The notes under the pieces were generated by a model, which was given only the letters and a program-made list of their open reading frames with translations, was not told the DNA's origin and did no database searches. The position numbers and the translations under genes are program-made. From Gemmatales bacterium (GTDB lineage Bacteria > Planctomycetota > Planctomycetia > Gemmatales > HRBIN36), in NCBI GenBank assembly GCA_035430005.1, contig DAOMFV010000005.1:15196-79195 (forward strand): DNA of 64,000 nucleotides, written 5' to 3'. This document shows positions 53,855 through 62,988 of the stretch, piece by piece; the stretch's first letter is position 1, and every line of letters begins with the position of its first letter.

Positions 53855-55252
53855 ATGTCCTCGCTGCTGATGCCTGAAGAACATGTGCTCTCGACTCTGG
53901 AGAAAGACGGATCGCGGCGCTGGCTCTTTCCACGACTGTCGCCTGGAGTTTTCTGGAAAGTTCGATGGGTGGTGGCGTATGGCCTGATTCTGCTGTTCGT
54001 CCTGCTGCCTCATTGGCGAATTGGGGGCAAGCCGGCCATCCTGCTCGACCTCATCAACCGCCAGTTCTCCTTTTTCGGATTGACGCTGCTTCCGACCGAT
54101 ACCTTGTTGCTGGCCTTGTTCATGGTCTCGGTGTTTCTCACCATCTTTCTGCTAACAGCCCTCTTTGGCCGGGTCTGGTGTGGCTGGGCCTGTCCGCAGA
54201 CGGTGTACATGGAGTATGTTTTCCGGCCTATCGAACGACTCTTTGATGGGACCAGGGGCAAAGGCGGGCGTCCTTCTTCTCAGACGCCGTTCTGGCGGCG
54301 CAGCCTGAAGTATGTGGCTTATCTTCTGATAGCCATGCTCCTGGCTCATACGTTCCTGGCTTACTTCGTGGGTGTCGAACAACTGTCGCACTGGATCAGA
54401 CGATCTCCCGTCGAACATCCTGCGGCCTTCATTGTGATGGCTGTCGTAACAGGATTGATGCTCTTTGACTTCTGTTACTTTCGTGAACAATTGTGCCTGG
54501 TGGCCTGCCCCTACGGACGGCTCCAATCGGTGCTGCTCGATAAGCAGTCACTGATTGTCGCCTACGATGTCAAACGGGGCGAACCACGTGGCAAGTTCAC
54601 CAAAGAACTACCGATGGCGGAAAGTCATCAAGGTGATTGCATCGATTGCAAGCTGTGTGTCCGTACTTGCCCAACGGGAATCGACATTCGCAACGGCTTG
54701 CAGATGGAATGCATCCACTGCACCCAGTGCATCGATGCCTGCGATGAGATCATGGACAAGATCAGCAAGCCGCGCGGCCTCATCCGTTACTCGTGCCAGG
54801 AAGCTATTGAAGGTTTGCCCCATCAGGGGTTTCGGCCAAGGCTTGTTATCTATCCGCTTCTGCTCCTCGTGGCGATCTCCGCCTTCATCATCGTGCTGAT
54901 CAATCGTGCACCGGTAGATGTGACGGTGTTACGCAACATAGGCAGCCCCTTTAACCTGACTCCCGATGGCCAGGTGCAGAACACCATGCTCATCAAGCTG
55001 GTAAACAGGCAGACCGAGAGCAAAGACTACACCATTGAACTGCTGGACACCGGGGCCACTCCACGTGACCAGGTGAAACTGGTAGTGGAAGGGTTGCCCT
55101 GGCGGCTGGAGCCACTGCAACTGACGACCCATTCAATTCTGATTACCGTCCCTCCATCAGCCTTCACTTTTGGACACTATGACCTCAAGCTGGCAGTGAA
55201 AGAAGGCAACACTCTCAGGAAGGAAATTACATGTCGTCTCCTGGGACCTTAG
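53855..55252 (+). CDS. ccoG: cbb3 oxidase accessory protein CcoG/FixG (4Fe-4S)
   Basis: CGWACPQT, CPYGRLQS, CIDCKLCVRTCPTGIDIR, CIHCTQCIDAC. Confidence 0.9.
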   Translation: MSSLLMPEEHVLSTLEKDGSRRWLFPRLSPGVFWKVRWVVAYGLILLFVLLPHWRIGGKPAILLDLINRQFSFFGLTLLPTDTLLLALFMVSVFLTIFLLTALFGRVWCGWACPQTVYMEYVFRPIERLFDGTRGKGGRPSSQTPFWRRSLKYVAYLLIAMLLAHTFLAYFVGVEQLSHWIRRSPVEHPAAFIVMAVVTGLMLFDFCYFREQLCLVACPYGRLQSVLLDKQSLIVAYDVKRGEPRGKFTKELPMAESHQGDCIDCKLCVRTCPTGIDIRNGLQMECIHCTQCIDACDEIMDKISKPRGLIRYSCQEAIEGLPHQGFRPRLVIYPLLLLVAISAFIIVLINRAPVDVTVLRNIGSPFNLTPDGQVQNTMLIKLVNRQTESKDYTIELLDTGATPRDQVKLVVEGLPWRLEPLQLTTHSILITVPPSAFTFGHYDLKLAVKEGNTLRKEITCRLLGP

Positions 55253-55266
55253 AACCTGAAGCCAGC

Positions 55267-55776
55267 ATGGAGAATCGTGAACTCTTCGCCAAGTGGAAAT
55301 GGGTGGGCCTGATCGTAGGTCTCCTGGCTATCCAGGTGGTGGTGGGCGGCATGGCTATCTTCCTTGCCAACATCGATCCGGCCCATTCGGTTGTCCCAAA
55401 CTACCACCAGCAGGCGATGGAATATGACAAAGTGCTGGCAGCTCGGCAGGTCAGCCATCAGCTGGGCTGGACTTGGACGATTGTTCTCGGCCAGCAGATC
55501 GACAGTACTGGCAAACGGCAACTGATGATTCAGCTTCAGGATGGAAAGGTACAACCCATTTCTGAGGCCCATGTGGCTATCCAATTGTGGCATCATGCTC
55601 GGGGTAACTCTCGGCAGAACATCGCTCTCACACCCATACTACACAAGCCAGGTTGGTACCAGGGAGAAGCGGTCGTAGATCGTACGGGCCTCTGGCAAGT
55701 CGACCTGAGTGTTGATCGGCTGAAGGACCATTTCGTTGACCGCCGGGAGAACTACTGGAGCCTGACCAAGCCATGA
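55267..55776 (+). CDS. FixH-family protein
   Basis: N-terminal TM (WKWVGLIVGLLAIQVVVGGMAIF) plus a periplasmic Ig-like domain. Its position after ccoG fits a FixH/CcoH-type accessory protein. Confidence 0.65.
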   Translation: MENRELFAKWKWVGLIVGLLAIQVVVGGMAIFLANIDPAHSVVPNYHQQAMEYDKVLAARQVSHQLGWTWTIVLGQQIDSTGKRQLMIQLQDGKVQPISEAHVAIQLWHHARGNSRQNIALTPILHKPGWYQGEAVVDRTGLWQVDLSVDRLKDHFVDRRENYWSLTKP

Positions 55777-56558
55777 GCGCGGAGTTGGTGCTTACCATTG
55801 TGTCAGCCAGTCTGCTGGGCAGCACGCACTGTGCCGGGATGTGTGGGCCTATTGTCCTTTTGATGTTGGGCCGTGGCACAACAACGCAACCTGCTGCATC
55901 AACACAGAACGTGGCGGGACGCTTGCTCTTCTATCATCTCGGTCGATTAACCACATATGTCACTCTCGGCATGCTGGCCGGCACGCTGGGGATGACCCTC
56001 AACAAGACAGGTTCTTTGCTGGGCTGGCAACGACTGGCTGCTTACCTGGCTGGCATCACCATGCTGGTGAGCGCAGCAGTGTTGCTGTTGCGTCAACTGG
56101 GTGTCAGGCTACAACATCTGCCAGTGCCACAGCGCTGGGTGAAGGGCATCTATGCCGGCTTCCGATGGGCAAAGCAATGGCCGGTGCTGTTACGTTCCTG
56201 GTGGATCGGGCTGCTGACCACCTGGATTCCCTGTGGCTGGCTCTATGCTTTTGTCATTGTGGCGGCTGGTGCGAGCGATCCTCTTATCGGCGGTGTGGTC
56301 ATGCTGGCCTTCTGGCTGGGCACCGTCCCCATGCTGAGCTTGTTCGGACTGGGTGTCGTCCACCTGTCTCCTCTCTGGCGGCAGGCGACGCCGTGGATCG
56401 CCATCGCCGCATGTCTCCTTCTGGGTTGGAACATGCTCTTCCATCGTTCGGTGTTAAACCTCGAATCACTCCATCGACAACTCGATGGGGGCAAGCTAAC
56501 CACCAGCACAATACTACAACTCAACGAAACCAAACTACCTTGCTGCCATGACGACTAG
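55773..56558 (+). CDS. TauE/SafE- or DsbD_2-like membrane protein
   Basis: LLGSTHCAGMCGPIV motif, ~7 TM helices, ends in CCHDD. Start/stop overlaps with both neighbouring genes. Confidence 0.6.
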   Translation: MSAELVLTIVSASLLGSTHCAGMCGPIVLLMLGRGTTTQPAASTQNVAGRLLFYHLGRLTTYVTLGMLAGTLGMTLNKTGSLLGWQRLAAYLAGITMLVSAAVLLLRQLGVRLQHLPVPQRWVKGIYAGFRWAKQWPVLLRSWWIGLLTTWIPCGWLYAFVIVAAGASDPLIGGVVMLAFWLGTVPMLSLFGLGVVHLSPLWRQATPWIAIAACLLLGWNMLFHRSVLNLESLHRQLDGGKLTTSTILQLNETKLPCCHDD

Positions 56559-59046
56559 CCTGCTGTTACCTTCCCCTGTTTCTCGTCCAACTTCTCAGTC
56601 ACAGAAGAAGGTCGTGGTAGCCTGCACCCATTGCCAGTTGCCCGTTCCGAGCGGTCTGCTGGTGCAGGGCGTCTCTGAGCAGTTCTGCTGCACCGGTTGC
56701 CAAACCGTCTCGAGGTTGCTCCATGCTGAGGGGTTGGAGGCGTTCTATGCTATCTGTGATCAGGTTGCGTCAAAGCCACTCCAGGCCCGTTCTATCAACG
56801 ATGATTTCACCGAATTCGATGACGCAGGATTCCATGCCAGTTACGTCCGTGACCTTGGCCAGAATATCAAAGAAGTAAAGATCATCCTGGAAGGCATTCA
56901 CTGTGCTGCCTGTGTCTGGCTGATCGAAAAGCTGCCAGTCCTCTGTCACGGTGTGCTGGATGCTCGGGTGCAATTGATGGGGCAGCAGGCTACCATCCGC
57001 TGGAACCCTGAACAGACTCGGCTATCACTCGTCGCCAAGTCACTGGCTCAGCTTGGCTACTTGGCACATCCCGCAACGGATGAACGACGCGTGGCAGTAC
57101 AACAACGCGAGAATCATAGCCACCTGCTCAATCTCGGTATCGCCGGATTGTGCGCCGGCAACGCTATGCTCCTGGCGTTTGCGTTGTACGGTGGCCTGTT
57201 CGATGGCATTTCACCTGAGCATGCGACGTTGCTGCGCTGGGTCAGCGCCTTCCTGGGAATCATCGCACTCGTTTGGCCCGGCTCCACATTCTTCCGGGGG
57301 GCCTGGCAGGCGCTGCGCACCAGAACGCCCCACATGGATGTCTCGCTCTCCATCGGCCTGGCCGCTGGAGCCATCATGGGCGTAATCAACACGGTGCTGG
57401 GCACTGGTGAAATCTACTTCGATTCTTTATGTATGCTGATCTTTGTGCTGCTCATTGGTCGTTACCTGCAGTTTCGTCAACAGCGGCGAGCCGCGGAGAG
57501 TCTTTCACTTCTACGCAGTCTGACGCCAAGGATAGCCCAGAGAGTGCAGCCTGACGGTCAGATCGTTCGGGTTCCCACCAGTTCACTGCGACCGGGTGAT
57601 GAAGTCGAAGTACGTGTCGGCGACCTGGTGCCCGCTGATGGCATCATCCTTACCGGGCGTTCCACGCTGGATCAATCATTGCTTACTGGCGAATCAGTGG
57701 GCGTGGTGATTGAGCCCGGGCAGATCGTCACCGCAGGCGCAACTAATCTCTCGGCGGCGCTGCGCGTCCGGGTGGCGGCGATTGGCAAGTCGAGTCGCAT
57801 AGGTCGCTTGATGGATCTGGTAGAGTCGGTGTCGCTGGCTCGCGCGCCAATCATCGAACTGGCCAATCGCATTTCGGGAGTGTTCCTGTATGTGGTGCTC
57901 TTCCTGGCCTGTTGCACCCTGGCACTCTGGTGGAGCGCCGGCCCAGAAACAGCGTTGAACCACGTCATCGCTTTGCTCATCGTGGCTTGCCCTTGTGCCC
58001 TGGGGTTGGCCACGCCGATGACCATTGCTATCGCTCAGGGACGCGCTGCCCGGCAAAAGATCCTCATACGTCAGTCTGATGTCTTTGAACGACTGCAAGA
58101 CAAGGGCATGCTCTGGCTCGATAAAACCGGCACACTCACCGAAGGGAAAGTGAAGATGAAAGCCTGGCATGGCAACAAAGAGATCATGCCGCATGTTATC
58201 GCACTGGAAACAGGCATTGTTCATCCACTTGCTCAGGCTTTGTGTCAGTCACTTCGTGAACGTCTGGGTGAACAAGTTGCTGTTCCAACGGTGCAGGAGC
58301 AAACATACGAAGCCGGCATGGGGGTGCATGGGAAAATTAATCATCTTACTCTTCATGTGGGCACCCAAGCCTTCCTCATCAAACACGGCATCGAGATAGG
58401 TATGGAACATACCGGCCAAGTGGAAGAATACCTCGAACAAGGTTGGACACCTGTTTACCTGGCCTCACAGGGGAAGCTCCTTGCTGTCGCTGCTTTAGGT
58501 GATACCCTTCGACCTGAGGCATATAGCTCTCTCGAAACGCTTCGTAAACAAGGCTGGCAGATCGGCATCCTCTCCGGAGATCATCAAGCGGTGGTGTCAC
58601 ACATCGCCCGGCAATTAGACGTACCTGCTGAGTTAGCTCGTGGTGATGTCTTACCAGAAGAAAAAATGACTATCGTGAAGAACTTCCTGCCCCAGGGACA
58701 AAAGGTTGTCATGGTGGGTGATGGTGTCAACGATGCCGCTGCATTGGCTGCTGCTTCAGTGGGTATTGCAGTGCATGGTGGTGCCGAAGCAGCATTGCAG
58801 GCTGCACCTGTCTATCTGGGCCGACCCGGTCTCGAACCCCTCGTCGAACTATTCGATGGCAGCAAACGTACGCTGAACGCCATTCGTCGTGGCTTGATCG
58901 TCTCACTGGCATACAACCTCACCGCCATCGGCCTGGCGATCGCCGGTTGCATCACGCCTTTGGTGGCAGCTATCCTGATGCCGATCAGTTCACTGACAGT
59001 GACATTATTGGCCATCAGGCAGCACACTTTTACGAGGAAGCCATGA
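56548..59046 (+). CDS. ccoI: copper-translocating P1B-type ATPase (CcoI/FixI)
   Basis: N-terminal Cys pairs (CTHCQ, CCTGCQ), HMA-like [13 protein letters not shown] motif ([11 protein letters not shown]), [17 protein letters not shown]. Confidence 0.9.
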   Translation: MTTSLLLPSPVSRPTSQSQKKVVVACTHCQLPVPSGLLVQGVSEQFCCTGCQTVSRLLHAEGLEAFYAICDQVASKPLQARSINDDFTEFDDAGFHASYVRDLGQNIKEVKIILEGIHCAACVWLIEKLPVLCHGVLDARVQLMGQQATIRWNPEQTRLSLVAKSLAQLGYLAHPATDERRVAVQQRENHSHLLNLGIAGLCAGNAMLLAFALYGGLFDGISPEHATLLRWVSAFLGIIALVWPGSTFFRGAWQALRTRTPHMDVSLSIGLAAGAIMGVINTVLGTGEIYFDSLCMLIFVLLIGRYLQFRQQRRAAESLSLLRSLTPRIAQRVQPDGQIVRVPTSSLRPGDEVEVRVGDLVPADGIILTGRSTLDQSLLTGESVGVVIEPGQIVTAGATNLSAALRVRVAAIGKSSRIGRLMDLVESVSLARAPIIELANRISGVFLYVVLFLACCTLALWWSAGPETALNHVIALLIVACPCALGLATPMTIAIAQGRAARQKILIRQSDVFERLQDKGMLWLDKTGTLTEGKVKMKAWHGNKEIMPHVIALETGIVHPLAQALCQSLRERLGEQVAVPTVQEQTYEAGMGVHGKINHLTLHVGTQAFLIKHGIEIGMEHTGQVEEYLEQGWTPVYLASQGKLLAVAALGDTLRPEAYSSLETLRKQGWQIGILSGDHQAVVSHIARQLDVPAELARGDVLPEEKMTIVKNFLPQGQKVVMVGDGVNDAAALAAASVGIAVHGGAEAALQAAPVYLGRPGLEPLVELFDGSKRTLNAIRRGLIVSLAYNLTAIGLAIAGCITPLVAAILMPISSLTVTLLAIRQHTFTRKP

Positions 59047-59222
59047 GCGTGATGTATCTCGCTTTGCCCATTGCTTTGTTACTGGTGGGAGCAGCATTCA
59101 TGGCGTTCCGCTGGACGGTTCGCAGCGGTCAACTCGATGACCTGGACACGCCTGCTTATCGTGCACTCTTTGATGACGAATCAGCTTCACCAAAACAGAA
59201 AGACTCTGGCGATCCATTTTGA
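59043..59222 (+). CDS. ccoS: CcoS/FixS cbb3 assembly protein
   Basis: [46 protein letters not shown] is typical CcoS. The ATG overlaps the ccoI stop. Confidence 0.75.
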   Translation: MSVMYLALPIALLLVGAAFMAFRWTVRSGQLDDLDTPAYRALFDDESASPKQKDSGDPF

Positions 59223-59287
59223 ACACGACGAATAGGAGCTCCTACACCGAAGCATTTTGTTCCCTTTGCCAGCAACTACATCCTCGA

Positions 59288-60712
59288 TTATCCCAGCAAT
59301 TCCGCAATCGCCTTGCCGTGATCGACAATCGCCGTGGGGCGGCCGTTGAAGTCTTTGATGAAGGTCTTGGCGTAATCGATTCCGAGGTGGTGGTAGATGG
59401 TGGCCAGAAAGTCGCCAGGGCCGCAGACACGGTCGATAGCGTTTTCACCACGTTTATCGGTGGCACCCACGAAGCGACCGGTGGTAATGCCACCACCGGC
59501 CCAGATATTGGAGAAACCGGCGGGCCAATGGTCGCGGCCAGGCTGGGTGGTGCCGGCTGGGGCGCTGGCGACCCCGGCACCAGTGCTGGGGGCGTAACTG
59601 ATCCTGGGCGTGCGGCCGAACTCGCCGGTGAAGACGACCAGCACACGCTTGTCGAGGCCGCGGAGGTAGATGTCCTCAATCAATGCCGAGACAGCCTGAT
59701 CGTAGGTCGGCATGCGGAATTTCATGGCATCGAAAACATGTTGATTGACGGCGTGATCATCCCAGTTCCCCACTCGTCCACACAAAGGGCCGCTGAGACT
59801 GGTCGTCAGCACATCGACCCCGGCTTCGATGAGACGCCGTGCCAGCAGCAACTGTTGCCCCCAGGCGTTGCGGCCATAACGATCACGGGTGCGCGGATCT
59901 TCGAGGTTCAGATCAAAAGCAATCTTCGTCTGCGGGTTCGTGAGCAGGGTCATCGCCTGGGATTCGAACTCATCTAGTGCTGACAGTTCGCGGGCATGAT
60001 CAAAGCTGCGTTCAAGAGTGTCGAGCTTTTGACGCAGCGAGGCCCGGCGACCCAGTCGGCGAACTTCATCAGCATCGGTCAACCCGATATTTGGCACCGA
60101 GAACGTTGGTGCGCTCGGATCACCTGAAACGACAAAGGGCGAATAGGTATCACCCAGGTAGGCCGGGCCGTTGTATTCCAGCGGCGGGTTGATGCCGACG
60201 TAGGAAGGCAGCGGATTCTGTCGTTGCTCCCGTTGGGCCAGCAGGTAGTTGGAAACCGTCATCCAGTCGGGGTACTTGGGCTTTGGTTTGTCGCGCGTGT
60301 CAGGGTCGCCCGAGAGCAACTGCATCGAACCGGCAGGGTGACCGCCCGCGGACTGCCTCATCGACCGTAGCACCACCATCTTGTCGGCGATGGCTGCCTG
60401 CCGGGGCATCAGTTCGGTGAACTGCAGTCCGGGTACTTTCGTGGGAATCAGTTTGAACGGCCCACGATACTCGCTTCCTGCGTTCGGCTTCGGGTCGTAC
60501 GAATCCAGGTGCGAGAGCCCGCCTGGCAGCCAGACCATGATGACCGCTTTCTTCTCGGTCTTGGCACTCGCTGGTGCTATGGCACTGCTCTGCAATTTCA
60601 GAATGTTCGGCAAGCTCAGCGAGGCGAACCCCGCCAGGCCCGCTTGCAGAAACGCTCGGCGTCCGGTGGCACCAAACTGAATCGGTCCATGGCAATGGTA
60701 GTTGGAAGCCAT
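59288..60712 (-). CDS. DUF1501 domain protein (Tat signal)
   Basis: GRRAFLQAGLAGFASLSL, AVIMVWLPGGLSHLDSYDPKP, GEFGRTPR...GRDHWP. Start set at ATG 60712, which overlaps the upstream stop (TGATG). Confidence 0.85.
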   Translation of the reverse strand: MASNYHCHGPIQFGATGRRAFLQAGLAGFASLSLPNILKLQSSAIAPASAKTEKKAVIMVWLPGGLSHLDSYDPKPNAGSEYRGPFKLIPTKVPGLQFTELMPRQAAIADKMVVLRSMRQSAGGHPAGSMQLLSGDPDTRDKPKPKYPDWMTVSNYLLAQREQRQNPLPSYVGINPPLEYNGPAYLGDTYSPFVVSGDPSAPTFSVPNIGLTDADEVRRLGRRASLRQKLDTLERSFDHARELSALDEFESQAMTLLTNPQTKIAFDLNLEDPRTRDRYGRNAWGQQLLLARRLIEAGVDVLTTSLSGPLCGRVGNWDDHAVNQHVFDAMKFRMPTYDQAVSALIEDIYLRGLDKRVLVVFTGEFGRTPRISYAPSTGAGVASAPAGTTQPGRDHWPAGFSNIWAGGGITTGRFVGATDKRGENAIDRVCGPGDFLATIYHHLGIDYAKTFIKDFNGRPTAIVDHGKAIAELLG

Positions 60713-62979
60713 CACTTCTTCTCCACGGGCTTGACACGGATCGTAATAGGCTCGCACACCACAATATCGACGATATCTCTGGGCTCGGCTGCCGCCTTCA
60801 CCTGATTGAGCTGCTGCTTGGTAGCATTCAGAGCATCACTGGCTGCTTTCATCCTGGCGTTCATCGATGCCAGAGTCTTGGTCATTTGTTCTTTCTTGGG
60901 AGGTGGAGCGTTTTGGGCCTCAGTGGAGACCTTCTTCAGTTCCGTTTCCAATGTCTTCACCTCTAGCTGCTTTTTCTGGGAATCCGCTTCGACAGTTGCC
61001 ACCAGTTCTGGTCGATGGCGATACTTGGCCACGCCGCCTCCCAGGAATGACACATGGTACTCACCAGGAGGAATCTTCAGCGTCTTTAGGTCAAGTACCA
61101 CCTGCGAACTGTTCGCTTTGATCGGAAGATCGAACCCAGGCGCTTTTTCAAAACCAGTACCGATCACTCTCATCTGGATCGTATCGCCGGAAAAGTCACT
61201 GGTGCGTTTGTGTATCAGCGGGATGGTCAGCTTTTCACCTGCCTTGGCTTCCACGACCGGAGTCTTGGCAGCAATCGTCAGCGGGGCCCGATCACTGCCA
61301 CTCACCGAGACCGGCACATCGGCCAGCAGCCGGGGGCTGGGAATCTCACCCCACGAATCGGGGATAGGCCAGGCGACTGAGGCCAGGCGGCAGGGACGGG
61401 TTACCGATTTGCCGGCGATGGTGGAACGTCCCACGAACGTGGCGTTGGCATAGCCCCGGGGAGCATCGGCCTGGGCGGTGATGAGCATCATCCCCCTCGA
61501 CTGCCCGGCTGGAATTTTGAGCCCCTGAGCAGTCACCCCTTTAGGCAACCCTTCCATCGCCAGCTCAATCTCGCCATCAAAACCATCTCGGCGGAAGGCG
61601 ACGACTTCCAGTGCCATCGTCGTGCCGCCTCGCAATGAGATTGGCTTCGACAGGGCGTTGCGGTCGCCATTGCGTAACTCCATGTGCAGCGCCCAGGCCA
61701 CCAGAGCAAAGTCAGGAGCGGCGCGACGAATCACCAGACGATAGTTATTACCCGGATCACTCCGTGTGCCTCCGAAGAGATCGGTGAGCTGCATGCGATA
61801 GAGGCCATCTTCCTTGATCGTCAGCTTGCCGAGAATGTCCGAAGTGCCGGCGTTGTAGGGAGGGCCATCGTAGGCATAGCCGTTGCTCGATACTTTCATC
61901 GGACTGGGGATATCGGAAAGTTCGAGGACATCAATCAGCTTATCGGGACTTCCTTTTTCGCCTTTGACCACCTGCTGCACGACGAGGGAGGGATCTGTCC
62001 GCAACCCCAGCCGCTCGGAGGCTACTTCGATCCACCACTCCTCGCCCTTCTTGGCGTTGAACTCGAAGACATCCACATCAGCAGCTGGATAGAATCGGCC
62101 GGCGATGTCGCAAGGCAGGGTGATTCGCTGAGCATGTCCACCATCGTTGTTCGGCTCCACTTCTTTTTGTGCAGCTTGTATCGGCAGTCCCTGGGGTGGC
62201 CAGGAGAATGAATGGACCGGCTTTGTGGACGGTTGCCGAATAATGGGCGTTCCAGCAGGCTGCTCCCAGAGGCCCAGTCGATAGTAAAAGGCCGGGCCAC
62301 CCTTGAACGTCAGTTCGTGGACCTTGATGACATAAGTGCCGTCTTTGGGTACTGAGAAGTCGATCACTCCGGCACGTCGTTCGACCAGCAGATCGCGCCC
62401 TGCCTCATCGCCAAGAATCACGGTGGCGTTGAGTTTGGAATCGATGCCGACCGTGGCACAATCGATAACGAGCCGCTGACCCTTCCTTGCATGGAACTTG
62501 TAGAAGTCAATCGATCGGTCAGCGGTAACGCCGTTGCACACGCAGTTGAGTGGCAGTTCCGGGGCGGCAGCCAGCGTTCTGTTGGGCTTGATCTGCACAA
62601 TCTCGTTCAGAGTACCCACAGCGAAGATGCGTGAGGACGAGATACCGAGCCGCGTCATGACACGCGCTTCGTAGAGGCCAACCGGGCAATCTGATCCGAT
62701 GGTCACCACATACATATTGGCGATGGGCGCACCGGCTGCATCAAGCTTACGCTCGGCAGTAATGCGGGGGTCGGAAAAGATCAAGTCGCCGACCTCTTCG
62801 AGATGCTCACCCGTGATGGTGACTTCCAGCTCGGTGCCCACTTTGCCACCCATGGGCATAGTCGTCAGCAGCCGTGGCGAGGGCAGCCCCACCGATTGTG
62901 CCACCACCAGGGAAGCACAACTCAGGAGCACCACCCAGGCAACCGCCGTCCCAGAGATATGTCGTTTGGTATTCACCAT
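60712..62979 (-). CDS. secreted protein with PPC (pre-peptidase C-terminal)-like domains and a C-terminal coiled coil
   Basis: Signal peptide ...AVAWVVLLSCASLVVAQS. DFYKFHARKGQRLVIDC and DVDVFEFNAKKGEEWWIEV motifs. Coiled-coil tail KKQLEVKTLETELKKV...NATKQQLNQVKAA. Confidence 0.6.
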   Translation of the reverse strand: MVNTKRHISGTAVAWVVLLSCASLVVAQSVGLPSPRLLTTMPMGGKVGTELEVTITGEHLEEVGDLIFSDPRITAERKLDAAGAPIANMYVVTIGSDCPVGLYEARVMTRLGISSSRIFAVGTLNEIVQIKPNRTLAAAPELPLNCVCNGVTADRSIDFYKFHARKGQRLVIDCATVGIDSKLNATVILGDEAGRDLLVERRAGVIDFSVPKDGTYVIKVHELTFKGGPAFYYRLGLWEQPAGTPIIRQPSTKPVHSFSWPPQGLPIQAAQKEVEPNNDGGHAQRITLPCDIAGRFYPAADVDVFEFNAKKGEEWWIEVASERLGLRTDPSLVVQQVVKGEKGSPDKLIDVLELSDIPSPMKVSSNGYAYDGPPYNAGTSDILGKLTIKEDGLYRMQLTDLFGGTRSDPGNNYRLVIRRAAPDFALVAWALHMELRNGDRNALSKPISLRGGTTMALEVVAFRRDGFDGEIELAMEGLPKGVTAQGLKIPAGQSRGMMLITAQADAPRGYANATFVGRSTIAGKSVTRPCRLASVAWPIPDSWGEIPSPRLLADVPVSVSGSDRAPLTIAAKTPVVEAKAGEKLTIPLIHKRTSDFSGDTIQMRVIGTGFEKAPGFDLPIKANSSQVVLDLKTLKIPPGEYHVSFLGGGVAKYRHRPELVATVEADSQKKQLEVKTLETELKKVSTEAQNAPPPKKEQMTKTLASMNARMKAASDALNATKQQLNQVKAAAEPRDIVDIVVCEPITIRVKPVEKK

Positions 62980-62988
62980 GTCTGTGCT

